Source: Candidatus Micrarchaeota archaeon
GTDB lineage: Archaea > Micrarchaeota > Micrarchaeia > Burarchaeales > JACRGF01
Length of the DNA stretch: 64,000 nucleotides
NCBI GenBank assembly: GCA_016212395.1
Contig: JACRGF010000062.1
Location: 5,315 to 69,314, forward strand
Direction: 5' to 3'
The notes below the pieces were generated by a model. That model was given only the letters and a program-made list of their open reading frames with translations, did no database searches and was not told the DNA's origin. Below, piece by piece: positions 8,585 through 18,471 of this stretch. Position 1 is the first letter of the stretch, and every line of letters begins with the position of its first letter. The position numbers and the translations under genes are program-made.

Positions 8585-10771
8585 TTACAGTTTTATTCTC
8601 TTGAGCAACAGCGAGTTGCTTACCACTGACACGCTTGAGAGCGCCATTGCAGCGCCTGCGATTGCGGGCGAGAGCAGCATTCCCGTGAACGGGTAGAGCA
8701 CTCCTGCAGCTATGGGAATGCCTACCACATTGTAGATGAGCGCCCAGAACATGTTTTGCTTTATTTTGCTGATTGCCGCCCTGCCGAGCTTTATCGCGCG
8801 CACCACGTCGAACACGTCGCTTCTCATTAAAACGATTGAGCCTGACTCAATTGCAACGTCAGTGCCAGAGCCCATCGCAATGCCGATGTCTGCCTGCGCG
8901 AGTGCAGGCGCGTCGTTAATGCCGTCGCCTACCATGGCAACGATTTTGCCGTGGCTCTGCAGTTTTTTCACGTAATCAGACTTGACTTTCGGCGAAACTT
9001 CAGCAAAGCAATGCAGGATGCCTGCCTTGTCTGCTATTGCTTTCGCAGTGCAGGCATTGTCCCCAGTAATCAGCCAGCATTCTACACCCATTCGCTGGAG
9101 TTCGCGCACTGCAGCAGGGCTTGAAGGCTTGATCTCGTCAGCAACAGCAATCACTCCAACCGGCTTTTTTCCAACGAATAAAACGATTGCAGTCTTGCCT
9201 TCATTCTCGAGTTGCGTCATTTTTTCTTCGAGAATTGCTGTTTTCGCCCCGAGTTGCTGCGCGAGCTTCAAGTTTCCAAGCGAAACCACCTTCGAGCCGA
9301 TTTTTCCAGTAACTCCTTGCCCTGGAATTGCCTTGAATTGAGTTACTGCGTGAAATTTCACGTCCCGCTGTTTCCCCGCTTCAACAATCGCGTCAGCAAG
9401 CGGGTGCTCGGAATGCTTTTCAAGCGAAGCTGCAAGCGAGATTATTTCAGAGTGGCCGAGCGAACTCGCCTGCACTATGTTCGTCACGCGCGGCTTTCCT
9501 TGAGTTATCGTTCCAGTCTTGTCGAAAATAATCGCGTTTATCTTGTGCGTCATCTCGAGCGCCTCGGCGTTCTTAATGAGAACGCCTTTCTGCGCCCCAA
9601 CGCCAGTCCCAACCATTACTGCAGTGGGAGTCGCGAGGCCGAGCGCGCACGGGCAAGCGATGACGAGGACGGAAACAGCTGCGATCAACGCGAAAGAAAA
9701 GCTTGCGTTGAACGCGAAAAACCAGGCGGAGAAAGTCAAGAGCGAAAGCAGCACTACAGCAGGAACGAATTTTGCGCTCACCGCGTCAGCAAAACGCTGG
9801 ATTGGAGCCCTGCTTCCCTGAGCTTCTTCAACGAGCTTTACTATTTGAGCGAGCACGCTCTCGCTGCCTACTTTCAGCGCTTGCACGCGCAGCGAGCCGT
9901 GCTTGTTGAGAGTCCCGCCAATCACTTTAGATTTTTTCGTTTTCTCGACTGGAATGCTTTCCCCGGTAACCATGCTTTCGTCAACAGAAGAATCACCTGA
10001 AACCACCAGGCCGTCAACAGGAATTTTTTCTCCTGGCTTTATGAGCACAATGTCGCCTACAACGACTTGGCTTGCCGGAACAACGAGTTCCTCCCCATTG
10101 CGCTCAATGCGGGCAGTCTTCGGAGACAAGTCAAGAAGCTTCCTGATGGCGTCGCTCGCCCTTCCCTTAGCGACTGCCTCTAAATACTTTCCGAGAAGCA
10201 CGAGAGTAATGAGGGACGCGGACACTTCAAAATACTGTTCTTCAACGAGCAGGAACAACGCGGCAATGCTGTAAAAATAAGCAGCGCTCGTGCCGACTGC
10301 AATGAGCGTGTCCATGCTCGCAGTCTTGTTCTTAAGCGAACTCCACGCGCCAGTGTAAAACGAACGGCCGCTGATGAACTGCACTGGAGTAGAAAGAAGA
10401 AACAACAACAGCAAGCGGTAAGGAAGCTCCATTAAAAACATTCCGATAACGAGCGCCGGCGCGCTCAGCAAAGCGGAAAAAACAACGAGCAGCTTCAAAC
10501 TGTTGATTTCACTCGCGCGCAATTTCTTCTCGCGCTCCAAATCAACGCCAACCCGCGCCTTGTAGCCGACAGACTCGACAACTTGAATCAAATGCTCAGG
10601 CGAATTAGTGTTCTCGTCAAATTCCACTTGCGCCCTTCCCGCAGCAAAATTCACGTTCGCAGTGACAACGCCAGGCGTGTTTTCAAGCGCGCGCTGAATC
10701 AGCAACTGGCAACTCGCGCAATGCATTCCGTCAACAGACAAATCAATTTTCTTCAAGCAACCACCCCACAC
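8585..10771 (-). CDS. copA: Copper-translocating P1B-type ATPase
   Basis: N-terminal HMA GMHCASC. TM CPC motif ([11 protein letters not shown]). DKTGTIT phosphorylation site. GDGINDAP hinge. Confidence 0.95.
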   Translation of the reverse strand: MWGGCLKKIDLSVDGMHCASCQLLIQRALENTPGVVTANVNFAAGRAQVEFDENTNSPEHLIQVVESVGYKARVGVDLEREKKLRASEINSLKLLVVFSALLSAPALVIGMFLMELPYRLLLLFLLSTPVQFISGRSFYTGAWSSLKNKTASMDTLIAVGTSAAYFYSIAALFLLVEEQYFEVSASLITLVLLGKYLEAVAKGRASDAIRKLLDLSPKTARIERNGEELVVPASQVVVGDIVLIKPGEKIPVDGLVVSGDSSVDESMVTGESIPVEKTKKSKVIGGTLNKHGSLRVQALKVGSESVLAQIVKLVEEAQGSRAPIQRFADAVSAKFVPAVVLLSLLTFSAWFFAFNASFSFALIAAVSVLVIACPCALGLATPTAVMVGTGVGAQKGVLIKNAEALEMTHKINAIIFDKTGTITQGKPRVTNIVQASSLGHSEIISLAASLEKHSEHPLADAIVEAGKQRDVKFHAVTQFKAIPGQGVTGKIGSKVVSLGNLKLAQQLGAKTAILEEKMTQLENEGKTAIVLFVGKKPVGVIAVADEIKPSSPAAVRELQRMGVECWLITGDNACTAKAIADKAGILHCFAEVSPKVKSDYVKKLQSHGKIVAMVGDGINDAPALAQADIGIAMGSGTDVAIESGSIVLMRSDVFDVVRAIKLGRAAISKIKQNMFWALIYNVVGIPIAAGVLYPFTGMLLSPAIAGAAMALSSVSVVSNSLLLKRIKL

Positions 10772-10867
10772 AAAACCGTCTCGAGTCCACAGTCTTGAGT
10801 CTTGAGAAAAAAATCAAAACGATTCAAAACCACTGCAAAACCCTGAAACTTCAAAACTTCCGAACGT

Positions 10868-12358
10868 TCATCTTGCGCCGCAACCGCAGCCTCCACCGCC
10901 CAAGCCGCACGAGCCGGATTGGGACGCTTTAACGTTTTGCGCGCTGGCGATCGTTTTGTTCACGCCAGCGCTTGACGCGTCCGCGCTTACTACGACGAAC
11001 GAGCCGCGAAGCATGCCCATCCAGCAACTGAATTGCACCGTGCCTTCGCGCGTTGGAGTAAACTCTACAGTCTGCACGCCGTTCTTCAACTTCACGTCTA
11101 TTCCGTACTCACGCATTATAATCTCATTGTTGCACCCAGTAAGGCGGGTTACGTTGATAACCCACTTGACTGGAACGCCTTTCTTCACCACGAGAGTGCC
11201 GGGCGTGTACCCGTAACCGTTCACTTCCATCACGACCTCTTGAAAACCTTGAGCGTTCGTCGGAGGAATGAACGAAGCGAATTCAGCGCTTTGAAACTCT
11301 GCGTTTTGGAATCTCGAACTTGAAGAAAGCACGCTCGTGAACGAAGATGCTGAAAATCCCGAGCCAAGCAACGCGAACCCGTTGTTCAGCATGAGCAACG
11401 CGAGAAAAACAACGAGCACTCCTGAAACTTTAGAGATTGACGCGTGCATTTGCGCAGTCAGCCTTGAAGCGATCGCGCCGAACCCGAGCAGCATTGGAAG
11501 CGTTCCCAAACCGAACGCGAACAACGCCAGCCCTCCGGACAACGGGTTGCCAGTGCCTGCAGCAAGCACGTACATTGCTTGAAGCGGGCCGCACGCGATA
11601 AACAAGCCGTTCGCCAAGCCCACTAGCAGAGGCGAATTGTTTTTTCCACGCGCAATGCTCTCGCCGAAATTCGGGAGCCGAGGCATCAGCTTCTTGAGCG
11701 CGGGATGAACGTTGAGAGTGTTCAACCCGAACAACAGCAAGAACGCGCCGGCGAGTATTGCCGCGAAAGCGCGCATTTCAAGAGTTATCGCTATGAACGA
11801 GCCGAGCAAGCCGAGCAACGCGCCGATAATAGTGTAAGACGCGAGCTTGCCTCCTGCATACAAAGCATGAGGCGCGAAGCCCTTCTCTCCTTTAGCCGCG
11901 CAGTGCGAGGAATACGAAACAATAAAGCCTCCGCACATCGCAACACAGTGAAGGCTCGTAACAACGCCCAACAAAAACAACGCGACCAAGCCCGCGTTAG
12001 AATCTATTTGCGGAAGCTGCGCTATATCAAGCCCGCCAAGCAAAAAGAAAGCGCCGAGAAGCACTGCAACCGAGCCCAACGCCAACGCGACTGGGGGAAG
12101 CTTGAAGTTAATGGCAATGCCGTCATCCCCAGAATCAACGTTTTTCTTGCGTTCTTCTTCTTTCAAAGAATACTCTTTCGAGTTCAACACGTTCTCGAAT
12201 TTCTTAATGCTAGTGTGAGGGTCATGCTCGATTTCCAGCGAACCGTCGGTATAGTTCACCTTGACGCTTTCAACTCCATTCACTTCCTTGAGCGCGTCCT
12301 CGATTATCTTCTCGCAGGAAGTACAATGCATTCCTTCAACTTTAGCCGTATACTTCAT
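10868..12358 (-). CDS. Three-domain fusion: HMA metal-binding domain + DsbD_2/TauE-like membrane domain + cupredoxin-like domain
   Basis: N-terminal VEGMHCTSCEKII. Polytopic region with SLHCVAMCGGF. C-terminal YTPGTLVVKKGVPVKWVINV...LTGCNNEI...FSCWMGMLRGSFVV. Cys/Gly tail GSCGLGGGGCGCG. Confidence 0.7.
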   Translation of the reverse strand: MKYTAKVEGMHCTSCEKIIEDALKEVNGVESVKVNYTDGSLEIEHDPHTSIKKFENVLNSKEYSLKEEERKKNVDSGDDGIAINFKLPPVALALGSVAVLLGAFFLLGGLDIAQLPQIDSNAGLVALFLLGVVTSLHCVAMCGGFIVSYSSHCAAKGEKGFAPHALYAGGKLASYTIIGALLGLLGSFIAITLEMRAFAAILAGAFLLLFGLNTLNVHPALKKLMPRLPNFGESIARGKNNSPLLVGLANGLFIACGPLQAMYVLAAGTGNPLSGGLALFAFGLGTLPMLLGFGAIASRLTAQMHASISKVSGVLVVFLALLMLNNGFALLGSGFSASSFTSVLSSSSRFQNAEFQSAEFASFIPPTNAQGFQEVVMEVNGYGYTPGTLVVKKGVPVKWVINVTRLTGCNNEIIMREYGIDVKLKNGVQTVEFTPTREGTVQFSCWMGMLRGSFVVVSADASSAGVNKTIASAQNVKASQSGSCGLGGGGCGCGAR

Positions 12359-12364
12359 TTTTCT

Positions 12365-12568
12365 TCACCTCAATTTATACCCGAGTTTTTTTATTGTTGA
12401 AACAACTTGCCCGAGCGTTTCACTTGAACCGTCAAAATCAACAGACACTCTGCCACTCTTGAAATCCGCTTCAACGGAATTCACGCCTTTCAAGCGCGAC
12501 ACGTCCTGCTTTATGAGCAAGCCACATGAAGCGCAATGCATTCCTTCAACACTCAACTCCTTCCTCAA
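12365..12568 (-). CDS. HMA-domain copper chaperone (CopZ-like)
   Basis: SVEGMHCASCGLLIKQ. TTG at 12568 sits 5 nt after ggaggtg; the track ORF extends to 12586. Confidence 0.75.
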   Translation of the reverse strand: MRKELSVEGMHCASCGLLIKQDVSRLKGVNSVEADFKSGRVSVDFDGSSETLGQVVSTIKKLGYKLR

Positions 12569-12632
12569 AAAAACACCTCCAAACAAAACTTCTAAACTTC
12601 AAAACTGAAAACTCCGAACTCAAAACCCCGCT

Positions 12633-12857
12633 TTACCACATCCACACGTTGAAGCCAAGCCGCAGTATTGAAAGCCGGACTTCATTGAATGTCGCCAGCC
12701 CCCCGTCAAACAACACGCTTACTTTTCCAGTAGCGTGATTTGCCTGCACGCCATGCACGCCGTTTACGCTCGAAAGCTCTTCCTCAACAAGCGCGTCGCA
12801 CGAACTGCAATACAGCCCGTCAACATACAAGTTTTTCTGCACTTGAATCACCTCCAT
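12633..12857 (-). CDS. HMA-like domain protein with a variant CSSC metal site
   Basis: VDGLYCSSCDALVEEELSSVNGV. The internal ATG at 12857 gives a typical 74-aa HMA length; the track ORF extends to 12908. Confidence 0.6.
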   Translation of the reverse strand: MEVIQVQKNLYVDGLYCSSCDALVEEELSSVNGVHGVQANHATGKVSVLFDGGLATFNEVRLSILRLGFNVWMW

Positions 12858-13028
12858 TTGTTTCAGCGGATTTTCGCAATCCGCATTAGTTTCTAGGGCT
12901 GAAACCATTCATGTCAATTGCTGAAACCATAGTTTCGTTTAGTGAAACCAATCGAGGGAAACGTGAAAAAAACTGAAACGCCTGTTTGGAAAACAAAGGA
13001 ATAAAAACCCGCGCGGAGAAAACGCTTC

Positions 13029-13520
13029 ATGGATAAAAACAGGAAAATTATTTTCGGGCTGGTCGCAGTAGCAGTGTTCATAGCAGTTGTCTACCTGCTT
13101 CCAACAATGCTCACGCTCGCCATTCCGCAAGACTGCACGATAAACGGCAGGTGCCTGCACGAAGAGGAGCTGAACTTGTTCACGAAAATATCTCCGGCAT
13201 TCGTCATAGCAGGTTTCGTGATCGGCGCGCTTGCATTCTTCTTCTTCGCAGAAACTAAAAAGATAGAAAGAGTGGAAATAAAGCCGGAAAAAGAAAACGT
13301 GCTCACGCTCTTAGAGAAAGACGAGCGCAAAGTAGTTTCAAGAATAGTCGAAGAAGGAGGCAGAGTGCTCCAGTCCGAGATTTCGCACATTGAAGGAATA
13401 GGCAAAGTGAAAGCTCACAGAGTGCTCGAACGGCTTGAAAAAAGAGGCGTTGTAGAAAAAGAAGCGCACGGGAAAACGAACTTGGTGAAAATATCGAGGA
13501 ACCTGAAAGGCTTGTTCTAA
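13029..13520 (+). CDS. Membrane-anchored winged-helix regulator (COG2512-like)
   Basis: Two N-terminal TM helices. C-terminal wHTH LEKDERKVVSRIVEEGGRVLQSEISHIEGIGKVKAHRVLERLEKRGVV. Confidence 0.6.
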   Translation: MDKNRKIIFGLVAVAVFIAVVYLLPTMLTLAIPQDCTINGRCLHEEELNLFTKISPAFVIAGFVIGALAFFFFAETKKIERVEIKPEKENVLTLLEKDERKVVSRIVEEGGRVLQSEISHIEGIGKVKAHRVLERLEKRGVVEKEAHGKTNLVKISRNLKGLF

Positions 13521-13529
13521 AATTTTTTT

Positions 13530-14522
13530 TTACCAGTATAATGAGGAGATTGCGATTATTCCGAATATTGCTTGTATCGCGAGGAGCATTGCCACGAGTT
13601 GCTGCTCCGTTGGCTGGAACAAGCGCATGAGCAAGTGCGTGAGTGAAGAGACCGGCTTGGCGTAGTGAAGCTTTCCGTTTTTCACGTCCCCAAAATTTTC
13701 AGCTTGGAAGAGAGTGCGCGCTTTCATGAAAAACTCTATTATTTGCGGGGTGAGCGCTATTACTCCGACTCGCTCCATGTTGCCTGTTACTACTGCCGCG
13801 ACTATAGTAGCGCCGAGCGCGTAAGTTGCGAGGTTGCCTGGAAAAATTTTTGCAGGAAACCAGTTGAACAGCAAGAATGCAATGCACGCGCCGAGCATTG
13901 CAAGAAGAATGAATGAGGCAGTGATTGTTCCCGGAGTTGTTGGAAGCAAAAGCGCTGCAGCGAGAAGCGCGCCACACACTATCGCGCCAACGCCTGCCTC
14001 GAGCCCGTTAAAGCCTGCAAGCAGGTTGACGAGGTTGGAGCAGGCGACTACGCCGATTGGAATGAGAAGGAGAATGTAGAGGTTCGCGCTGACTGGGCCA
14101 AGGAATGGAAGTATAATTACGCCCAAGTCAAAGTTCACGTTGCCCACGAGCGGAATGTACATTGCAGCATGGCCTGCTTTTACAGCCATTAATGGAAGCG
14201 CTGCGAACGCGGGGAGCACTACGCGGTAAATGTCGCGCAGTTTCAGCACGTCGTCAACAAAGCCCAAGAAAGAAATGATGGTGATAGTGCAGACTGCGGC
14301 GATCATCAATTCTGCAGGGACGAGCTGCGAGCTCAACTGAAGCGACAAAAGCGTGGCGAGAGTAAAGCCGAGCACGATGGTAATCCCGCCGTACTTTGGA
14401 ATTTCAGGCTTGCCGTACTTGTTCTCATCTTTCGAGACAAAGCGCATGTTCTTCAGTTTTTTGATGAGAAAGGGAGTGAGCGCGAACACTGCGAGAAAAC
14501 TCAGCAAAAACACGAGAGGCAT
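13530..14522 (-). CDS. Glycosyltransferase family 4 (MraY/WecA/AglH-like) dolichyl-phosphate sugar-1-phosphate transferase
   Basis: Polytopic protein. GFVDDVLKLR (DD motif). NLVNLLAGFNGLEAG. Confidence 0.8.
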   Translation of the reverse strand: MPLVFLLSFLAVFALTPFLIKKLKNMRFVSKDENKYGKPEIPKYGGITIVLGFTLATLLSLQLSSQLVPAELMIAAVCTITIISFLGFVDDVLKLRDIYRVVLPAFAALPLMAVKAGHAAMYIPLVGNVNFDLGVIILPFLGPVSANLYILLLIPIGVVACSNLVNLLAGFNGLEAGVGAIVCGALLAAALLLPTTPGTITASFILLAMLGACIAFLLFNWFPAKIFPGNLATYALGATIVAAVVTGNMERVGVIALTPQIIEFFMKARTLFQAENFGDVKNGKLHYAKPVSSLTHLLMRLFQPTEQQLVAMLLAIQAIFGIIAISSLYW

Positions 14523-14599
14523 TGAAACAGAGCTTGGAAGGTTCAGTTATACCACCGTTTAAATCAAAACAACTGCAAGACGATTCAAAACAATTCAAG

Positions 14600-16234
14600 T
14601 CAATTCAACTTGAAGACGCGGACGTAATTTGATTTATACACTTCTTCCACGCCTTCTGCTTGCTCGAATTGGTTTGGGAAGAAGAGTTTGAAAAGGTTGC
14701 TTTCAAACCCGCTTTTCGGGTAAACGAGCCTGTCCTGGAAAGTCATGCCCAAACTCGAGTTGCTGTTGTTCAAGAACAATAGTTTTCCAAACGAAACAGA
14801 GCCGACATCCTGGATTACGGCATTTGTTTTAAGCAATTCTCCAGTCTGTTCTGTTACAGGGACGAGCATGTAGCTGTTGCGAGATGTGAAATACGCGTGA
14901 GGCGCTCCGTTGTAAGAAAAGAACTGGCTTGTCGGCGCGAACGCTTCAAACTTTGCCTTTGAAGAGTTAAAGTACTGCTGAGCCTGTGAAACGTCATCAA
15001 ACAAACGAGAGTCGACTATAATGTAATCCACGCCTTTTGATTTGAGCGTTGAAGCAGAAGCGTTGGACAAGAAGAATGCCGCGAGCTCGGCATTTGCCTG
15101 GACGCCCTGCCTTTTTGAAACGAACGCGATTGCAGGTCCAGAGTTTATTCCGGCTACGGCAGAGTTTGGAAGAGTGTTCTCCTTAACCCACGCGAGAGCG
15201 TTGGAAAAGTCTTCGTCTAATTGTTTCACTGCCTGCTGGGTTGAATAGAGGGTCGTGAAGAAAAGGGCTGAAAACACGAACGCGATTGCAGAGTATTTCG
15301 CTATTTGGGAAACGTTCTGCTCCTTGTACAAATACAAGATGCCTCCAGCGCTTGCTGTTACGAACAACGAGAACAAGCCAGAGCGAGCAGAGTCGATAAT
15401 GCTTGACAACAGCAAGAGCGAAACAGAGAAGGAAACAAGGCAAAACAGGATGAACGTCGCCTTGAACTCCTGCTTGTGCTTTGAGAGCTCCTTAAACCCG
15501 AACGCACTGCAGAAAGCAAAGCCAAAAGCGGCAAGCGGAACGTAATAGAATGAAAGCAGGAGGGAAGCAACAAATGTTGAAAGATAGGCAACTTCGCTTG
15601 AAAGTTTTTCCCGAGAGTGAAAATGCTTTATCAGAACAGCAGAAGCAGCTATTGAAAACGCGAGCAAAAGCGAATAGTCGCTTGCAGGCGCGAGGGCTGA
15701 TTCAAAATTCCTCGCATTCAACGAGAAAACAATGAGCAAGAGAGGAAGAAACAATTGGGAGTAAGGGCGAAGCGCTTGAAGAAAACGGGTTTCAAAGAAT
15801 GCGAAAACCGCCGCGAGCACTGCAAGCGCGCACAAGCTGAATGCTTCGGCAGTGAAAAAACCTGCGGCAAAAAAATGAGAGAAAGGAGGAAGAAACAACA
15901 GCACGAGCGAAGCTGCAAGCGAAACGCGTTCATCGAAAAAACTTCTGGAGATGAAGTATAATGAAAGAATTGAAATCGCTCCGAGCAAAACAGGCAGGAA
16001 AACAAGCGTTTGCTCGAGTTCTCCTGTTGCCTTGACGATTGATGAAGCAAACTGAATCGCAGGATTTGAAGCATCGCCTTTTTCAACCGCTTGCTCAACT
16101 TGAATCGCGAGCGCGTAAGAATCAACGTTCAAAGTTTTCGGGGAATGAAAAGACAGTACTGCCACGGACAATGCAAAGAGGAAAAATATTGCCAGAACGT
16201 CCTTGTTTTTGATAATGCCAACCATGTTTTGCAC
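14600..16234 (-). CDS. Polytopic membrane protein with C-terminal soluble domain, STT3/AglB-like but without WWDYG
   Basis: About 11 TM helices. NALAWVKENTLPNSAVAGINSGPAIAFVSKRQG...VDYIIVD resembles the region around the AglB WWDYG motif, but reads GINSGPAI in its place. Confidence 0.35.
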   Translation of the reverse strand: MQNMVGIIKNKDVLAIFFLFALSVAVLSFHSPKTLNVDSYALAIQVEQAVEKGDASNPAIQFASSIVKATGELEQTLVFLPVLLGAISILSLYFISRSFFDERVSLAASLVLLFLPPFSHFFAAGFFTAEAFSLCALAVLAAVFAFFETRFLQALRPYSQLFLPLLLIVFSLNARNFESALAPASDYSLLLAFSIAASAVLIKHFHSREKLSSEVAYLSTFVASLLLSFYYVPLAAFGFAFCSAFGFKELSKHKQEFKATFILFCLVSFSVSLLLLSSIIDSARSGLFSLFVTASAGGILYLYKEQNVSQIAKYSAIAFVFSALFFTTLYSTQQAVKQLDEDFSNALAWVKENTLPNSAVAGINSGPAIAFVSKRQGVQANAELAAFFLSNASASTLKSKGVDYIIVDSRLFDDVSQAQQYFNSSKAKFEAFAPTSQFFSYNGAPHAYFTSRNSYMLVPVTEQTGELLKTNAVIQDVGSVSFGKLLFLNNSNSSLGMTFQDRLVYPKSGFESNLFKLFFPNQFEQAEGVEEVYKSNYVRVFKLN

Positions 16235-16252
16235 CTGCTCGAAAATTATTTA

Positions 16253-17521
16253 TTATTTTTTCGTTTTAGCGAGTTCTTCGAGAATTTTTTTTGCCTCGTC
16301 AGCGCGCACTTTTCTTGATTCAACCATTTTTTTCGCGACTTCGTCAACCACGCTTCCCGTCGCGCCTGCAGCAATAGCAACGTTGCGAGCGTGCAAGCCC
16401 ATGTGCCCGCGCTGTATGCCTTCAGTGGCAAGAGCGCGCAACGCTGAAAAGTTTTGCGCCAAGCCAACAGAAGCAACCACTTGCGCGAGCTCTGAAGCAG
16501 TCTTAACCCCGAGGATTTTTACTGCAATGCGCGCGATAGGATGCGTTTTAGTCGCGCCTCCAACCAAGCCGACAGCCAAAGGAAGCTCGATAGAGCCGAC
16601 GAGATTGCTGTTGTTGTCTTTCGCGTACTTAGTTAGCGAAGAGTACTTGCCTTTCATTGAAGCATAAGCGTGCGCGCCTGCTTCTACAGCACGCCAGTCG
16701 TTTCCAGTAGCAAGCACGACAGCGTCTATTCCGTTCATAACGCCCTTGTTGTGCGTCGTGCACCTGAACGCGTCTGCTTCAGCAAACGCGTAAGCGTCGA
16801 GAACGCCTTCAACTGTTTCTGCACCTATTTCTTCCTTCTTCCAAATTGCAGTAGCGCGCGCGACGCGGTGGATTGCAAGGTTGGAGAGAATGCGCAAGCG
16901 CGCCTCGCCTCCAGTGATTTCCTCCAGCTTGGGAGAAAGCGCTTCACACATGGTGTTGACTGCATTCGCGCCCATCGCGTCACGCACGTCAACAAGCAAG
17001 TGAACGATAAGCATTTTTCCGCGAATAGAAACAATCTGCCTTGCCTCGATTTTCTTTGCTCCGCCCTTGAACTTCACGAGCATCGGGTCCTGCTCGTTCG
17101 CGAACGCGAGCAGTTCCGCCTCTTTTTCCGCAATTTTTTTCTTCGCTTTCTCAAAATCTTTCACGTTAAGAAGCTGGATTTGCCCAATCATTACAGGCGC
17201 GGTAATGCTTGCCTGAAACCCTCCTCCAGCACGCGCGAGCTTTGCAGCATGCGACGCTGCAGCAACTACAGAAGGCTCTTCAACAACCATTGGAACGAGA
17301 TGGTCCTTGCCGTTCACTTGAAAATTCGTGGCTATGCCTAAAGGCAGGGGAAGAGTGCCTACAACATTCTCAATCATCTTGTCCGCCAAGCCAGCTTCCA
17401 GAGAGCACGCTTGCTTCAACAGGCCTGCTTCTTCAACGCTCAAGCCAGCAAACTCTTTGACTGCCTTCAAGCGCTCTTCCTGGGACAATTTGTGAAAACC
17501 GCTTATTGCTGATGATGCCAT
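16253..17521 (-). CDS. hmgA: HMG-CoA reductase, class II
   Basis: EEPSVVAAASHAAKLAR, DAMGANAVNTMCE, ALATEGIQRGHMGLHARN. The start is taken at the internal ATG (MASSAISGF). Confidence 0.9.
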   Translation of the reverse strand: MASSAISGFHKLSQEERLKAVKEFAGLSVEEAGLLKQACSLEAGLADKMIENVVGTLPLPLGIATNFQVNGKDHLVPMVVEEPSVVAAASHAAKLARAGGGFQASITAPVMIGQIQLLNVKDFEKAKKKIAEKEAELLAFANEQDPMLVKFKGGAKKIEARQIVSIRGKMLIVHLLVDVRDAMGANAVNTMCEALSPKLEEITGGEARLRILSNLAIHRVARATAIWKKEEIGAETVEGVLDAYAFAEADAFRCTTHNKGVMNGIDAVVLATGNDWRAVEAGAHAYASMKGKYSSLTKYAKDNNSNLVGSIELPLAVGLVGGATKTHPIARIAVKILGVKTASELAQVVASVGLAQNFSALRALATEGIQRGHMGLHARNVAIAAGATGSVVDEVAKKMVESRKVRADEAKKILEELAKTKK

Positions 17522-17626
17522 AAAAACCACGCAAATGATAAACCCTCCCTGTTTCAATAGTTTTAAATGTATAAGTTAAAAAAAGAGATTAACGGAAAGA
17601 AGTTGTTTAAAAATTTTTGGTAGCAG

Positions 17627-17848
17627 GTGATGAGAATGGGAGACACTACTAAAGCAGCAATATCGATTGCGAAAGTATTGATTGGCTTCGGGGTAGGCGC
17701 GCTCCTCGCGTGGCAGTGGGCGTTAATGAGAATGGACGGAAGCCCGCAGACTACAGACGACTGGCTCACGCTGGTAGGCGTTGCAGTAGTAGTCACGGTA
17801 GTCGTCTACTTGCTGTTGCACAAGCTTGGAAAAACTGGTAGCGATTAG
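17627..17848 (+). CDS. Small two-TM membrane protein, unknown function
   Basis: 73-aa ORF with an aggtga SD. Hydrophobic segments VLIGFGVGALLAW and LVGVAVVVTVVVYLLL. Its last 11 codons are duplicated downstream. Confidence 0.5.
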   Translation: MMRMGDTTKAAISIAKVLIGFGVGALLAWQWALMRMDGSPQTTDDWLTLVGVAVVVTVVVYLLLHKLGKTGSD

Positions 17849-17949
17849 TTTTTCCAATTGTGCAACTGCACTTAAGAACCCACAGTTGCACAAACTCGGA
17901 AAAACAGGAAGCGACTAAACGAATTTTTTTCTTTTTTTCCTATTTTTTT

Positions 17950-18450
17950 TTATTCAAACTGCTTGAACAGGCTTTGCGCTGTTTTTTTCGTCTCAAGAGT
18001 TATTTCAACGAAAACGATTCCCTCGCCAGGCTGGCCGTACAACAGCACTGCGCCGCGCTGGGCGTGAAGCATTACAATGAGAGACGCCAAGTCTTCCTCG
18101 CCTTCCACGAACACGCTTCCCTTCTTCGCACGCAAAACGCTTTTCACCGCCTTTTCAAGCTCGCCAGTTATAACTCCGGCAGGGCTTTGCACGCGAATCG
18201 CATGCGGGCAGTAGCGTTCAAGCGTGCTTTTCACTTCAGCGCTTACAGGAACGCGCGCGTTCTTCAAATCATAAATTATAATGTCAGGATTAACGTTGTT
18301 CTTCAAAAGCGCGAACGAACACGTATCGCCCACTGAAACCACGAGCGCGCCAGTCATGCCCGCAAGCTTGGACAAAACCTGCTGTTCAGTGAGAATTTGC
18401 CCGAACGGCCTTGCAAACGTCTCACGAAGTTTCTCAGGAAGCCGCTTCAT
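17950..18450 (-). CDS. GTP-dependent dephospho-CoA kinase (DUF359 family)
   Basis: VVSVGDTCSFALLKNNVNPDIIIYDLKNAR, NPAG-like SPAGVITGEL, VEGEEDLASL, LLYGQPGEGIVFV. Confidence 0.8.
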   Translation of the reverse strand: MKRLPEKLRETFARPFGQILTEQQVLSKLAGMTGALVVSVGDTCSFALLKNNVNPDIIIYDLKNARVPVSAEVKSTLERYCPHAIRVQSPAGVITGELEKAVKSVLRAKKGSVFVEGEEDLASLIVMLHAQRGAVLLYGQPGEGIVFVEITLETKKTAQSLFKQFE

Positions 18451-18471
18451 AACAATCACACAGCAAAACAA

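Noticed and set aside
9212-10000. Several 100-260-aa plus-strand ORFs inside copA
   Set aside because: They are antisense shadows of a gene with unambiguous P-type ATPase motifs.
17860-18336. 158-aa plus-strand ORF
   Set aside because: It is antisense to the DUF359 dephospho-CoA kinase gene and has no motif. It does not use the frame of the synonymous HKLGKTGSD duplicate.
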